In this document: positions 1-10,384 of the stretch, one piece after another
Position numbering within the stretch: the first letter of the stretch is position 1
How the letters are laid out: the number at the start of each line of letters is the position of its first letter
Assembly (NCBI GenBank): GCA_965248445.1
Contig: CBDFJG010000003.1
Location: forward strand, 672,001 to 736,000
Origin: Planctomycetota bacterium
GTDB taxonomy: Bacteria; Planctomycetota; JAJSAM01; JAJVHW01
Reading direction: 5' to 3'
DNA length: 64,000 bases
Position numbers and translations under genes: made by a program
Notes under the pieces: generated by a model
Told to the model about the DNA's origin: nothing
The model's input: only the letters and a program-made list of their open reading frames with translations
Databases searched by the model: none

Positions 1-86
1 CGCTCCTGTCGGTGCAAGTACTAGCGAGTACGAGCACTTAGACAGACGACGGCCCGCTCAGATTCCCGGCTGGTGAACGATTCGGG
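1..86 (-). mobile_element. End of a second IS1380-family copy (truncated by window start)
   Basis: 1-90 is identical to 33641-33730 (transposase-upstream end of the full IS1380 plus CTAG); CTAG at 87-90. Confidence 0.92.
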
Positions 87-182
87 CTAGGGCAGGGAAT
101 CGCTACGCCCTGGCGCGCCGGCGCACGTACCTTGCGCGGTTGCCGTGCGTACGGACGGGTACGTGCGCGGAGGAGGTGTCCC

Positions 183-2090
183 GTGGCCACACAACAAGCC
201 GAGACATTTGCGTTCCAGGCGGAGGTCAGCCAGGTCTTGTCCCTGGTCGTCAACTCGCTCTACGCCCACCGCGAGGTGTTCCTGCGAGAGCTCCTGAGCA
301 ACGCGAGCGACGCGCTCGATCACCTGTCGTTCCGTGCCGTCACGGAGCCCGAGGTGATGGGCGACGACAAGGACCTCGAGATCCGCATCGCCGTCGACAC
401 CGACGCGCGGACGATCGCGATCTCCGACAATGGAATCGGGATGACTCACGACGAACTCGTGAAGAACCTCGGCACGATCGCCCAGTCCGGGACCAGGGAG
501 CTGGCGGCCGCGCTGCGGGAGCAGGGCACCGGCGATGCCGCGCTGATCGGCCAGTTCGGCGTCGGGTTCTACTCCGGCTTCCTAGTTGCCGAGCGGGTCT
601 CCGTGACCTCGCGCGCAGCGGCCAGCGATGAGGCGTGGTGCTGGTCGAGCGACGGCGCCACCGGCTTCACGGTGGAGGGCGCGGAGCGCCAGGGGCGCGG
701 CACCGATGTCGTGCTCCACCTGCGCGACGACGAGGAGCTCGGTGACTTCCTGCGCGACTGGACGCTGCGTGAACTCGTCCGCAAGTACTCGGACTACGTG
801 CGTCACCCGATCCGGCTGCGCACAGAGAAGCCCACCGACCCCAAGGGCGACGAGAACGGTGAGACCACGGTGTCGTGGGAGCAGGTCAACCGCGGCGCCG
901 CGCTCTGGACGCGACCGCGGAGTGAGGTCGAACACGAGCAGTACGTCGAGTTCTACAAGCATCTGACGCACGACTGGGAGGAGCCGCTCGGCTACCGCCA
1001 CTTCAAGGTCGAGGGCATGCAGGAGCTCGGCGGAATCCTGTTCGTTCCGAAGCGTCCGGCGATGGACTTCGCCTCTGGCCGCCGTAAGGGCATGCGCCTG
1101 TTCGTGCGGCGCGTCTTCGTCATGGACGACTGCGAGGAGCTGATGCCCGAGTGGCTGCGCTTCATGCGTGGTGTCGTGGACTCCGACGACCTGCCGCTCA
1201 ATGTCTCGCGTGAGTTCCTGCAGAAGGACCGCACGACCGCAGCCATCCGCAAGCAGATCGTCAGGCAGGCCATCGCGCTGCTCGAGGAGATGGCGGGCGA
1301 GGACAGCGACACGGACTACGAGGCGTTCTGGAACTCGTTCGGTGCGGTGCTGAAGGAGGGCGTGCACTACGAGCCGAAGCACAAGGACAAGATCGCGAAG
1401 CTGCTGCGCTACCACACGTCGGCGGATCGCGGCCTCGTCTCGCTCGAGCAGTACATCGAGCACATGCCGGCCGAGCAGGACGCGATCTACTACGTCACGG
1501 CGCAGTCGCAGGCCGCCGCAGCCGGCAGCCCGCAGATCGAGGCGTTGCGTGCACGGGAGTACGAAGTCCTCTACATGACCGATCCGGTCGACGAGTGGGT
1601 CGTCGAGTCGCTTCCGGAGTTCCGTGAGAAGAAGCTCGTCTCAGCTGCCAAGGGCGCGCTGGATCTCCCGGAGTCCGACGAGGACAAGCAGAAGCGCGAG
1701 GAGCAGACTGAGTCTCTCGCGGGTCTCGCAGAGCGAATGCAGACCGCGCTCTCGGAGCACGTCCAGGAAGTGCGCGTCTCCACTCGTCTCACGGACTCAC
1801 CGGCATGTCTGGTGGTGGACGAGGGCGGCATGGCTCCGCACATCGAGCGCATGCTCCGCGCTCATCAGCGGGGCGCCGCTGCGCAACAGCGCATTCTGGA
1901 GGTCAACCCCGATCACCCGGTGATCGAGCACCTGCGCGCGCTGGCGGGGGACGACGACCACTCGGAGACCGTGGACGACTGGTCGCGGCTCCTGTTCGAC
2001 CAGGCGCTCGTGGCCGAGGGCAGTCCGCCGACCGATCCGTCCGGGTTCGCCCGGCGCATCACGAGCTTGCTCACGCGGGCGATCGGCTAG
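183..2090 (+). CDS. htpG: Chaperone HtpG (Hsp90)
   Basis: FQAEV, FLRELLSNASDA, LIGQFGVGFYS, DLPLNVSRE motifs; GTG at 183 after SD GGAGGAGG (169-176). Confidence 0.97.
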   Translation: MATQQAETFAFQAEVSQVLSLVVNSLYAHREVFLRELLSNASDALDHLSFRAVTEPEVMGDDKDLEIRIAVDTDARTIAISDNGIGMTHDELVKNLGTIAQSGTRELAAALREQGTGDAALIGQFGVGFYSGFLVAERVSVTSRAAASDEAWCWSSDGATGFTVEGAERQGRGTDVVLHLRDDEELGDFLRDWTLRELVRKYSDYVRHPIRLRTEKPTDPKGDENGETTVSWEQVNRGAALWTRPRSEVEHEQYVEFYKHLTHDWEEPLGYRHFKVEGMQELGGILFVPKRPAMDFASGRRKGMRLFVRRVFVMDDCEELMPEWLRFMRGVVDSDDLPLNVSREFLQKDRTTAAIRKQIVRQAIALLEEMAGEDSDTDYEAFWNSFGAVLKEGVHYEPKHKDKIAKLLRYHTSADRGLVSLEQYIEHMPAEQDAIYYVTAQSQAAAAGSPQIEALRAREYEVLYMTDPVDEWVVESLPEFREKKLVSAAKGALDLPESDEDKQKREEQTESLAGLAERMQTALSEHVQEVRVSTRLTDSPACLVVDEGGMAPHIERMLRAHQRGAAAQQRILEVNPDHPVIEHLRALAGDDDHSETVDDWSRLLFDQALVAEGSPPTDPSGFARRITSLLTRAIG

Positions 2091-2093
2091 CCG

Positions 2094-3689
2094 TTGGCCG
2101 GCCACCTCGCGCGGTGCCGCGCTCCCGCTGGGGAGATCGTGCTGCCGCGCGAACGCGAGCTGTCGGACCGCTGGCTGGTAGACGCGGCGTACTTTCCCGG
2201 CGGCCGCGCGGATCACCTGTTCGTGCCGCAAACCGAGGGCGAGGCGGCCGCCGTCCTGCGCGTGCACGGCACCGTTCTGCCGATCGGCGCACAGTCATCC
2301 CTGACGGGCGGGGCTACACCCCTGGGCGGCGCGCTGCTCGCGAGCGAGGGCTTCGACGGGCTGTGCATCGACCCAGGCGCCCGCACGGCGACGTGTGGTG
2401 CGGGTGTGCCGCTGTCGCGGGTTCAGGAAGAGGCGCGGGAGCACGGGTTGTTCCTCGCGCCGGCGCCCACCTACGACGGGGCGTTCGTGGGCGGCGCGGT
2501 CGCCACCAACGCCGCCGGCGCCGCGACGTTCAAGTACGGCACGATGCGCGCGGCGGTCCGCGGCCTGACCGTGATTCTCGCCGACGGTTCGGTGCTCGAA
2601 CTCTCCCGTGGCGACGTGACGGCGCACCCCGACGGATGGATCGACATCGCGCTCTGCTCCGGTGACACCGTGCGCGTCGACGTGCCGACGTACCGGGACC
2701 CCGACGTCCCGAAGTGCTCCGCCGGTTACTTCGCTTCTCCGGAGATGGATCTCGTCGACCTGTTCGTCGGCGCGGAAGGCACGCTCGGCGTGGTCACCGA
2801 GGCCGTGCTCGCCCTCACTCCAGCGCCTGCCGCCTACCTGGGTTGCTGGCTGCCGGTGGACGACGAAGCGCGCGGACTGGCCATCGTCGCTGCGCTGCGC
2901 GAGGCGTCACGGGAGACGTGGGGAACGGACGATCCGAACGGCCTGGACGTGCCGTCCATCGAACACTTCGACCGACGTTCGATCGAGCTGCTGATCGAGG
3001 ACGGCGCGGATCGCGAGCAGGGCGTGCCCCTCGATCCCTCCGACGCACTCATCCTGCTGTTCGGATTGGAGCTTCGTGCTCCGCTGACCGCCGAGGAAGC
3101 CGTCGACCAACTCTCGGATCCCGGCGGACCGGATGCGCCACTGCGCCGTCTGATGACTCTCCTCGGGGACGCTGCGGAGCGACTCGAGGTCGCGCTCCCC
3201 GGCGAAGCGCGGCAGGTGCGACGCTTCGCTGCGTTGCGCGAGGCGGTGCCGATGGCCGTGAACCACCGCGTGCGAGACGCGCGACTCGCCGATCCGGCGG
3301 TGCACAAGGTGGGCGGCGACTTCATCGTGCCGTTCGACCGTCTCGCCGAGAGCTTCGCGGTGTATCGCGAGGAGTTCACGAGCCGCGAGCTGGACCTCGC
3401 CATCTGGGGACACGTGGGCGACGGAAACGTGCACCCGAACGCGATCCCGCGAACCCGCGAGGACGTGCAGCGGGGCAAGGAGGCGCTCTTCGCGTCGGGC
3501 GAGCGCGTCGTCGCACTGGGCGGTTCGCCCCTCGCGGAGCACGGCGTCGGGCGGCATCCGGTCAAGCAGGTGTTCCTGCGGACGCTGCGCGGCGACCAGG
3601 GCATCCGGGAGATGCGCGCCGTCAAGCGCGCACTCGACCCGCTGAACCGTCTCGCGCCCGGCGTCCTGTTCCCGGTCGAGCCAGCGTGA
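2094..3689 (+). CDS. FAD-binding oxidoreductase (GlcD/D-lactate dehydrogenase-like)
   Basis: GGAVATNAAG, GAEGTLGVVTE, GHVGDGNVH, AEHGVG, LDPxNxLAPG motifs; start uncertain. Confidence 0.88.
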   Translation: MAGHLARCRAPAGEIVLPRERELSDRWLVDAAYFPGGRADHLFVPQTEGEAAAVLRVHGTVLPIGAQSSLTGGATPLGGALLASEGFDGLCIDPGARTATCGAGVPLSRVQEEAREHGLFLAPAPTYDGAFVGGAVATNAAGAATFKYGTMRAAVRGLTVILADGSVLELSRGDVTAHPDGWIDIALCSGDTVRVDVPTYRDPDVPKCSAGYFASPEMDLVDLFVGAEGTLGVVTEAVLALTPAPAAYLGCWLPVDDEARGLAIVAALREASRETWGTDDPNGLDVPSIEHFDRRSIELLIEDGADREQGVPLDPSDALILLFGLELRAPLTAEEAVDQLSDPGGPDAPLRRLMTLLGDAAERLEVALPGEARQVRRFAALREAVPMAVNHRVRDARLADPAVHKVGGDFIVPFDRLAESFAVYREEFTSRELDLAIWGHVGDGNVHPNAIPRTREDVQRGKEALFASGERVVALGGSPLAEHGVGRHPVKQVFLRTLRGDQGIREMRAVKRALDPLNRLAPGVLFPVEPA

Positions 3690-6600
3690 GCGCGCCGCGC
3701 TTCCGCGTGGCGATCGATCGCGGGGGCACATTCACGGACCTTGTGGCGATGCGGGACGGCGAGACCCGCGTGGCGAAGGTCCCGTCCGGCGATGTGGACG
3801 CAGTCGTCTCGGCCATTCGTGAGCTCGTCGGATCCGAGGAACTCTCCACGAAGACCGTCGAGAGCGTGCGCTGCGGCACGACGGTGGCCACCAACGCTCT
3901 GCTCGAGCGCCGCGGAGAACGCAGCGCGTTGCTCGTCACGGAGGGGTTTGGCGACCTTCTCCGCATCCGCGACCAAGCCCGTCCGGATCTGTTCGCCCTC
4001 CCGATCGTGCGGCCGGAGCCGTTGGCGGAAGTGGTGCGCGAGATTCCCGAGCGGGTGCTCTCGGACGGGGAGATCCGTGTCCCGCTCGACGAAGCTGCTG
4101 TGGGGCGCGCCGCACAGCAGCTGCACGCGGAGGGTGTTCGCTCCGTCGCGGTGCTGTTCCTCCACTCCTTCGCACATCCGGAACACGAGGTTCGAGCGGG
4201 CGAGATCCTCCTCGAAGCTGGTATCGAACACGTGGCCCTCTCGCACCGGGTCGCGAACGAGGTACGCGCCGTCCCGCGGGGCGAGACGGCGTGCGCGGAC
4301 GCCTATCTGACGCCGCTCCTGCGCCGTGCGCTCGCGGAGTTGACACGCGCGTTCGACACGTTCGTGGATGTGCGCGTCATGCAGAGTCACGGCGGGCTCG
4401 CCGACACGCAGCTCGTTTCCGGCCCTCGGGCCGTGCTGTCGGGTCCGGCCGGCGGAGTCGTTGCGACGGCCGCCGTCGCGCGCGGTGCAGACGCGCCACG
4501 GGCTATCGGACTCGACATGGGCGGCACCAGCACCGACGTGTGTCGTGTGGCGGGGGAGCCGGAGCTGCGATTCGAGACCGACGTCGGCGGAGTGAAACTG
4601 CGCGTCCCGTCACTCCGAGTGGAGACGGTCGCAGCGGGCGGCGGATCGGTGCTGTCGTTCGACGGACGCCGACTGCGCGTCGGGCCGGAGAGCGCAGGCG
4701 CGGATCCCGGTCCGGCGGGATACGGCCGCGGCGGCCCCGCGACCCTGACGGACGCCAACGCAGTGCTCGGACGGATCGTGCCCGATCTCTATCCCCGTTG
4801 CTTCGGTCCGCACCGGGATGCAGCATTCGACGTCGCCGCGTCCCGCACAGCAGTGGCCGCCCTCGCCGTCGAGGCCGGGATGACCGTCGAGGAGGCGGCC
4901 GCGGGGTTCGTGCGCATCGCGGTGGAGCGCATGGCGCAGGCGATCCGCGAGGTCAGCGTCGCCGAGGGCCACGATGTTCGGAAGCACGCGCTCGTCGTGT
5001 TCGGCGGTGCGGGGGGACAACACGCGTGCGCGCTGGCCCGTGCGCTGGGCGTGCAGCGCGTCTTGTTCCACCGGCTGGGGAGCGTCCTCTCCGCGTGGGG
5101 GATTGCCCACGCGACGCCGGGAGAAGAGGTCGCGCAGGCTTTCCTCAGACCGTTGACCGACGCCAGCGTCGAGGAAGCGCGATTGATCGGCATGCGCCTC
5201 CTCGAGATGGTGACAGTCGCCGTCCGCCGCGGAGTCGCGGGACCGCCATTGGATTGGTCGCAACGGGTCGAGGCGCGTTATGCGGGTGTCGATGCGACGC
5301 TCGTTATCGACGTCGGCGAGGCAGCCCGCATGCGCGCGGCGTTCCACGAACTGCACCGGGCACGCTACGGCTTCGCACGGCCAGGAGAGCCGGTCGAGAT
5401 CGTCTCGGTGCGTGTCCACGCTCGGGAGAGGAGGAGCGATCCAGCACTCGGACGGAATTCGGCTGGGCCGCTCTCCCCGCCTGGGCCGGTCTCACGGGCC
5501 AAGACGTGGTTCGGCGGACTCCGCGAGACGCCGGTGCATTCACTTACCGGTCTCGGAGCCGCTGCAAGCGTTCTCGGTCCGGCGTTGGTCGTGGACGACG
5601 TGACGACCATTGTCGTTGAGCCCGGGTTCGGACTCCGGAACGTGGACGGCGAGATCTACGAGTTGACGCCGTTGGACCCGACGCCGCAGCCGCGAGCGAC
5701 CACGGCGCGCGATCCGTTGCATCTCACTCTCTTTGCGAACGCGTTCCGCTCCATAGCCGAGCGCATGGGCGCGATGCTCGAGCGTGTCGCGCACTCCACG
5801 AACATCAAGGAGCGCCTCGATTTCTCCTGCGCCCTGTTCGACGCGGACGGCCGCCTGCTGGTCAGCGCACCGCACGTCCCGGTGCACCTCGGAGCGATGG
5901 GGCAGAGCGTTCGTGCGATCCGCAAGCTGCGCAACGGGCGCTTTCGCGAGGGCGACGCGATTGCAACGAACGATCCCTACGAGGGCGGCTCGCACCTGCC
6001 GGACGTCACGCTGGTGACACCCGTCCTGGTCGAGAGCGGCTCGCCAGCGTTCTTCGTGGCCAACCGCGCGCACCACGCGGACGTCGGCGGGGTCACGCCG
6101 GGATCCATGCCGCCGCACTCGACGCGCATCGACGAGGAGGGCGTGCGGATCCACGATCTCCTGGTCGTGCGGGACGGTGTGTTCGACGAGCCCGGCGCTC
6201 GGACTGCGTTCGATGCGGGGCAGCATCCTGCGCGTAACCCGGACGAGCGGATGTCCGATCTCCGTGCGCAAGCCGCGGCCAACGCCGAAGGCGCGCGCCT
6301 CGTGGCCGAACTGGCGTACGAGCACGAAGCCGGAGTGGTTGCGGCGTACGCTGGCCACGTGCTGGATGATGCGGCCGAGGCGATGGAGGAACTACTCCGC
6401 GAGCTGCCCGACGGTGCGTTCGCCGCCGAGGACCGTATGGACGACGGCACGCGCCTGGCAGTGTCCGTCGTCGTCGCCGGCTCAAGGGCAACGGTGGACT
6501 TCGACGGGACGGGGCCACGGGCGGCGGGCAACCTGAACGCGCCGCACGCCGTGACGCACGCCGCCGTGCTCTTCGCGCTGCGCCTCCTGGTGAAGCGAGA

Positions 6601-7264
6601 CGTGCCCTTGAACGAGGGCTGCCTGCGCCCGATCGAGATCCGCATCCCCGCCGGTTCGCTGCTCGACCCCGCGCCGCCCTGTGCGGTCGTGGGTGGAAAT
6701 GTCGAGACGTCGATGCGGCTCGTGGATCTGGTGCTCGCCGCGCTGGGGGCCTGCGCCGGCGGGCAGGGGACGATGAACAACGTCGCGTTCGGTCCCGTCG
6801 GCGGCGGACTCACGTACTACGAGACGATCTGCGGCGGTACCGGCGCGGGTCCGGGGTTCCCCGGTGCGTCGGCCGTGCAGTCGCACATGACGAACACCCG
6901 CATCACGGATCCCGAGGTCCTCGAGCTGCGGCATCCCGTGATCCTGCGCCGATTCGCGATCCGGAAGGAGAGCGGAGGTGCCGGGGCGATGTGCGGCGGC
7001 GACGGAGTCATCCGTGAGATCGAGGCACGGGCCGCGCTGCGGGGCGGCGTGCTCTCGGGCCGGCGGGACCGGGGCGGGCCCGGGCTCGCGGGGGGTGTGG
7101 ACGGGAAGCCCGGGCAGAATCGAGTGCTGCGAGGAGGCGGAGCGGCGGAGCGCCTGGGCGCCTCGGCGTCGTTCGCGCTCGAGCCGGGTGACGCCCTCCG
7201 CATCGAGACCCCGGGAGGCGGCGGGCACGGCGTCGTCACTCCGCGTCGCGGCGGCGCGCCCTGA
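3686..7264 (+). CDS. 5-oxoprolinase / hydantoinase A+B fusion
   Basis: IDRGGTFTD, GTTVATNALLER, DMGGTSTDV, NIKERLDFSCA, HMTNTRITDPE; GTG overlaps upstream TGA (GTGA 3686-3689). Confidence 0.93.
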   Translation: MSAPRFRVAIDRGGTFTDLVAMRDGETRVAKVPSGDVDAVVSAIRELVGSEELSTKTVESVRCGTTVATNALLERRGERSALLVTEGFGDLLRIRDQARPDLFALPIVRPEPLAEVVREIPERVLSDGEIRVPLDEAAVGRAAQQLHAEGVRSVAVLFLHSFAHPEHEVRAGEILLEAGIEHVALSHRVANEVRAVPRGETACADAYLTPLLRRALAELTRAFDTFVDVRVMQSHGGLADTQLVSGPRAVLSGPAGGVVATAAVARGADAPRAIGLDMGGTSTDVCRVAGEPELRFETDVGGVKLRVPSLRVETVAAGGGSVLSFDGRRLRVGPESAGADPGPAGYGRGGPATLTDANAVLGRIVPDLYPRCFGPHRDAAFDVAASRTAVAALAVEAGMTVEEAAAGFVRIAVERMAQAIREVSVAEGHDVRKHALVVFGGAGGQHACALARALGVQRVLFHRLGSVLSAWGIAHATPGEEVAQAFLRPLTDASVEEARLIGMRLLEMVTVAVRRGVAGPPLDWSQRVEARYAGVDATLVIDVGEAARMRAAFHELHRARYGFARPGEPVEIVSVRVHARERRSDPALGRNSAGPLSPPGPVSRAKTWFGGLRETPVHSLTGLGAAASVLGPALVVDDVTTIVVEPGFGLRNVDGEIYELTPLDPTPQPRATTARDPLHLTLFANAFRSIAERMGAMLERVAHSTNIKERLDFSCALFDADGRLLVSAPHVPVHLGAMGQSVRAIRKLRNGRFREGDAIATNDPYEGGSHLPDVTLVTPVLVESGSPAFFVANRAHHADVGGVTPGSMPPHSTRIDEEGVRIHDLLVVRDGVFDEPGARTAFDAGQHPARNPDERMSDLRAQAAANAEGARLVAELAYEHEAGVVAAYAGHVLDDAAEAMEELLRELPDGAFAAEDRMDDGTRLAVSVVVAGSRATVDFDGTGPRAAGNLNAPHAVTHAAVLFALRLLVKRDVPLNEGCLRPIEIRIPAGSLLDPAPPCAVVGGNVETSMRLVDLVLAALGACAGGQGTMNNVAFGPVGGGLTYYETICGGTGAGPGFPGASAVQSHMTNTRITDPEVLELRHPVILRRFAIRKESGGAGAMCGGDGVIREIEARAALRGGVLSGRRDRGGPGLAGGVDGKPGQNRVLRGGGAAERLGASASFALEPGDALRIETPGGGGHGVVTPRRGGAP

Positions 7265-7406
7265 GCGCGATGAACGCGACCCCGCCGATCCCGAGTGCGA
7301 ACACGATGCACAGGAAGACGATCGCCGTGGTGAAGTCCTCACCACGGAGCCCGGCGTCCCGTTTGAGGTCTTCGCCGTCCTGAGCCAGCAGGAGGATCTC
7401 GCGCAC
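7236..7406 (-). CDS. Possible small single-pass membrane protein (56 aa)
   Basis: VREILLLAQDG...FTTAIVFLCIVFALGIGGVAFIALRARRR: one hydrophobic helix plus basic tail, fills the gap between oxoprolinase and purM. Confidence 0.45.
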   Translation of the reverse strand: MREILLLAQDGEDLKRDAGLRGEDFTTAIVFLCIVFALGIGGVAFIALRARRRDAE

Positions 7407-7485
7407 CGCCCGATTATCCGATGCCGACGCGCTGTCCGGGTGGATTCTGCGCTGGCTCGACAGCCGCGGTGAGGAGCGACCACTC

Positions 7486-8526
7486 ATGGCAGAGAAAACG
7501 GGCCTCTCGTACAAGGACGCCGGGGTGGACATCGACGCCGCCACGCGGGGGCTCGCGCGCGCGAGAGCCGCGATCCTGGCAACCCACGGGGACGAGTGTG
7601 TCGGCGGTGTCGGCGGCTTCGGCGGCCTGTTCCGACTCCCGGCGGGCCTGACCGACGGATTGCTCGTGGCCTCCACCGACGGCGCCGGGACGAAGATCCA
7701 CGTCGCACGGATGGCCGGGAGGCACGACACGGTGGGCGAGGACCTCGCGAACCACTGCGTCAACGACGTGCTGGTTCAGGGCGCCCGCCCGCTGTTCCTG
7801 CTCGACTACTTCGCCACCGGCAAGCTCGACGAGGACGTTCTGGTCGACGTCATTCACGGCTTTGCGCGCGGATGCAAGGTGAACGGCTGCGCACTGCTCG
7901 GCGGCGAGACGGCCGAGATGCCGGGCACCTATGACGGAGAAGACTTCGACCTGTGTGCGACCGTCATCGGGGTCGTCGAACGTGACGCACTCCTGCCGCG
8001 GGACGTCGCGGCCGGTGACGTCCTGATCGGTCTGCGCTCGAGCGGGTTGCACACCAACGGCTACTCGCTGGCGCGCAAGGCACTGTTCGAGCGGGCGGGC
8101 CACGAGATTCACGACCGGCCGGCCGCGCTGCAAGGCGCGAGCATCGCCGACGCGCTGCTGGCCGTGCACCGGACGTATGCGCCGCTGCTCCTCCCCATGT
8201 TGCCGACCGGACGCATCAAGGCGATGTGCCACATCACGGGCGGGGGATTCCCCGACAACCTGCCGCGCGTTCTGCCCGAGAACGTGCGCGCGCGGGTCGA
8301 GGTCTCCTCGTGGACGCCGCTCCCGATCTTCGAACTGATCCGTGACGGCGGTGACGTCAGTCAGGCCGACCTGTACCGCACGTTCAACATGGGCGTGGGG
8401 ATGGTCCTCGTGGCATCGGCCGACGACGCGGCAGCACTGCTCGCCGACCTCGAAGCAGCCGGCGAACAGGGCGCTGTCAGGATCGGCGAGCTCGTGGCGG
8501 GCTCCCGCGGCGTCGACCTCGTCTGA
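7486..8526 (+). CDS. purM: Phosphoribosylformylglycinamidine cyclo-ligase
   Basis: YKDAGVDID, STDGAGTK, GGETAEMPG, SSGLHTNGYSL, HITGGG, TFNMGVG. Confidence 0.97.
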   Translation: MAEKTGLSYKDAGVDIDAATRGLARARAAILATHGDECVGGVGGFGGLFRLPAGLTDGLLVASTDGAGTKIHVARMAGRHDTVGEDLANHCVNDVLVQGARPLFLLDYFATGKLDEDVLVDVIHGFARGCKVNGCALLGGETAEMPGTYDGEDFDLCATVIGVVERDALLPRDVAAGDVLIGLRSSGLHTNGYSLARKALFERAGHEIHDRPAALQGASIADALLAVHRTYAPLLLPMLPTGRIKAMCHITGGGFPDNLPRVLPENVRARVEVSSWTPLPIFELIRDGGDVSQADLYRTFNMGVGMVLVASADDAAALLADLEAAGEQGAVRIGELVAGSRGVDLV

Positions 8527-8666
8527 CCACCTCCGAGCCTCGTCCCCTAAGGCTAAAGAGCCTCAGGTCCCGATAGGGCCTTGGCGGACGCCGGCGCGTC
8601 GGCAGCGTCAGCTGTCGGGCCGGAGAGCAACGCGTCCGCCGCCGCCCACGCACTGCCTGCGAGGGC

Positions 8667-10370
8667 ATGCGGAGGATCGGGATGCGAGCGCGAGTCGTGG
8701 CGAGGATCACGCTGGGGCTGACTGCGCTCGCCGCGCTCTCCAGCGGCCTTCCCGCCGCCGCATCCGACGCGCCGCGCCCGCTGCTGGATGCCGCCGATGC
8801 CGCGCGGGCCGAACTGCCGGACCCGAACGACCGCCCGTATCTCGGGGTCGTCACCGTGAACGAGCGGCGCGGCCTGCGCGTCCGCCGCGTGATGCCCGAC
8901 AGCGCCGCGGAGTCGGCCGGGCTCCGGGTCGGTGACCTTCTGATCCGTCTGGCGGACACGCGTCTGCGTGGAGTGGAGGGGCTGCACGACCTGCTCGGCG
9001 AAGCCAGGCCGGGCGCGGTTCTGCCCCTCCAGCTCGAGCGCAATCGCGTGCGACTGACGCGCGCGGTCAAGATCGGGGCCCGCCGCCGCACGATCCCCTA
9101 CTTCCGCGGATCGTCGTTCAAGCTGCTCGTCGTCCCGGTCGCATTTGCCGACGACGCCGGCGAGCTCCCCGCACGCGACGAACTCGGCCGCTTCTTCTTC
9201 GCGGAGACCGGCGCGCGAGGCGCGGGCGCCTCGCTCTTCGACTACTTCGACGCGCAGAGTCGCGGCAAGCTCCGGGTTGTGGGCGAGATCGCGCCGACGC
9301 TTCGACTCGGCAAGACCCGTCGCGAGTACTCCGAGCTGCCGATGGGCGCGCCCCCGGGATCGCTGTACGCCGACGCCGCGATCGCGATCGCCGTGCGCGA
9401 CAGCATCGACGTCGCGGCGGACTTGGACGGCATAGCGTTCCTGCACGCCGGCGAACCGGAGACGCGCCCGTCGCGTGCGCTCTGGCCGCACCGCGCGATC
9501 GTGACCGTGGGTGGCCGTCAGATCCCGTACTTCGTCCATGCCGGCCGCTCGGTGACCGACGGTGTGCTCGGTGAACACTGCCACGAGTTCACGCACCTGC
9601 TCGGCATTGCCGACTCGTATGGCGTGGGTCACGTGACCGGGTTCGGTGACTTCTGCCTGATGGCCATCGGCCACCGCGGCGGGGGAGACACGGGCTCGGC
9701 TTCTCCGTTCTCGCTCTGCGCGCATTGCCGCGTGCGCCTCGGTTGGGCGGACGTCGTTCGAGTCGATCCCCGCGTCGATCAGCGCTTGCGTCTCGCGGCG
9801 CCCGACGCGGAGGCGGACACGGTCGTGATGGTCCCGCTGACCCGGCGGGGGAACGAGTACGTGCTCCTGGAGACGCGTGTCCGGAGTGGCTTCGACGCGG
9901 AGCTGCCGGGTGGCGGCCTCCTGGTCTGGCACGTCGGCGGCACGCCCACGCCGGGACAGGGTCCGTACGGCGGCCCGGTCAATCTGATCGAGGCGCACGG
10001 CATCGACACGTTCGACGCGTCCCTGGTGCGTGCGGACGAAGTGGCATTCCCGATCGAGAGGTGCGCGGAGATCACCCCCTCGACGGTGCCCTCTGTCCGC
10101 TCACGGCGTGATGGCGCGTTCCCGTTCCATCTCACGTCGATCGATCGTCTCGAGGACGGCAGCGTTGCGTTCACCCTCGGTGTCGAGCGCGTGATCGAGC
10201 AGGACGAGCCGACCGCGTACGACGGCGATCTCCCGGAGGAGGACGGCTTCGTGCACCGCGTCGACCCCGTGACCGGGCGGACCGTGCGATTTGTCTCGAC
10301 CCGTCCTGACGTAGCTGCTGACTCGTCCGCCGACGACACCGGCGCCTCGCGCGCCCGCCGTCGCAAGTAG
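8667..10370 (+). CDS. Secreted PDZ + M6 (immune inhibitor A-like) metalloprotease
   Basis: Signal peptide; PDZ-like YLGV...SAAESAGLRVGD; zinc motif HEFTHLLGIAD; Met-turn CLMAIG; GGGLLVWHV. Confidence 0.82.
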   Translation: MRRIGMRARVVARITLGLTALAALSSGLPAAASDAPRPLLDAADAARAELPDPNDRPYLGVVTVNERRGLRVRRVMPDSAAESAGLRVGDLLIRLADTRLRGVEGLHDLLGEARPGAVLPLQLERNRVRLTRAVKIGARRRTIPYFRGSSFKLLVVPVAFADDAGELPARDELGRFFFAETGARGAGASLFDYFDAQSRGKLRVVGEIAPTLRLGKTRREYSELPMGAPPGSLYADAAIAIAVRDSIDVAADLDGIAFLHAGEPETRPSRALWPHRAIVTVGGRQIPYFVHAGRSVTDGVLGEHCHEFTHLLGIADSYGVGHVTGFGDFCLMAIGHRGGGDTGSASPFSLCAHCRVRLGWADVVRVDPRVDQRLRLAAPDAEADTVVMVPLTRRGNEYVLLETRVRSGFDAELPGGGLLVWHVGGTPTPGQGPYGGPVNLIEAHGIDTFDASLVRADEVAFPIERCAEITPSTVPSVRSRRDGAFPFHLTSIDRLEDGSVAFTLGVERVIEQDEPTAYDGDLPEEDGFVHRVDPVTGRTVRFVSTRPDVAADSSADDTGASRARRRK

Positions 10371-10384
10371 TCCGTTCGGCGCTC

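Noticed and set aside
2714..3685. N-terminal 324 aa of the 1516-aa ORF
   Set aside because: Arg-rich shadow frame overlapping the FAD oxidase; the real start is GTG 3686
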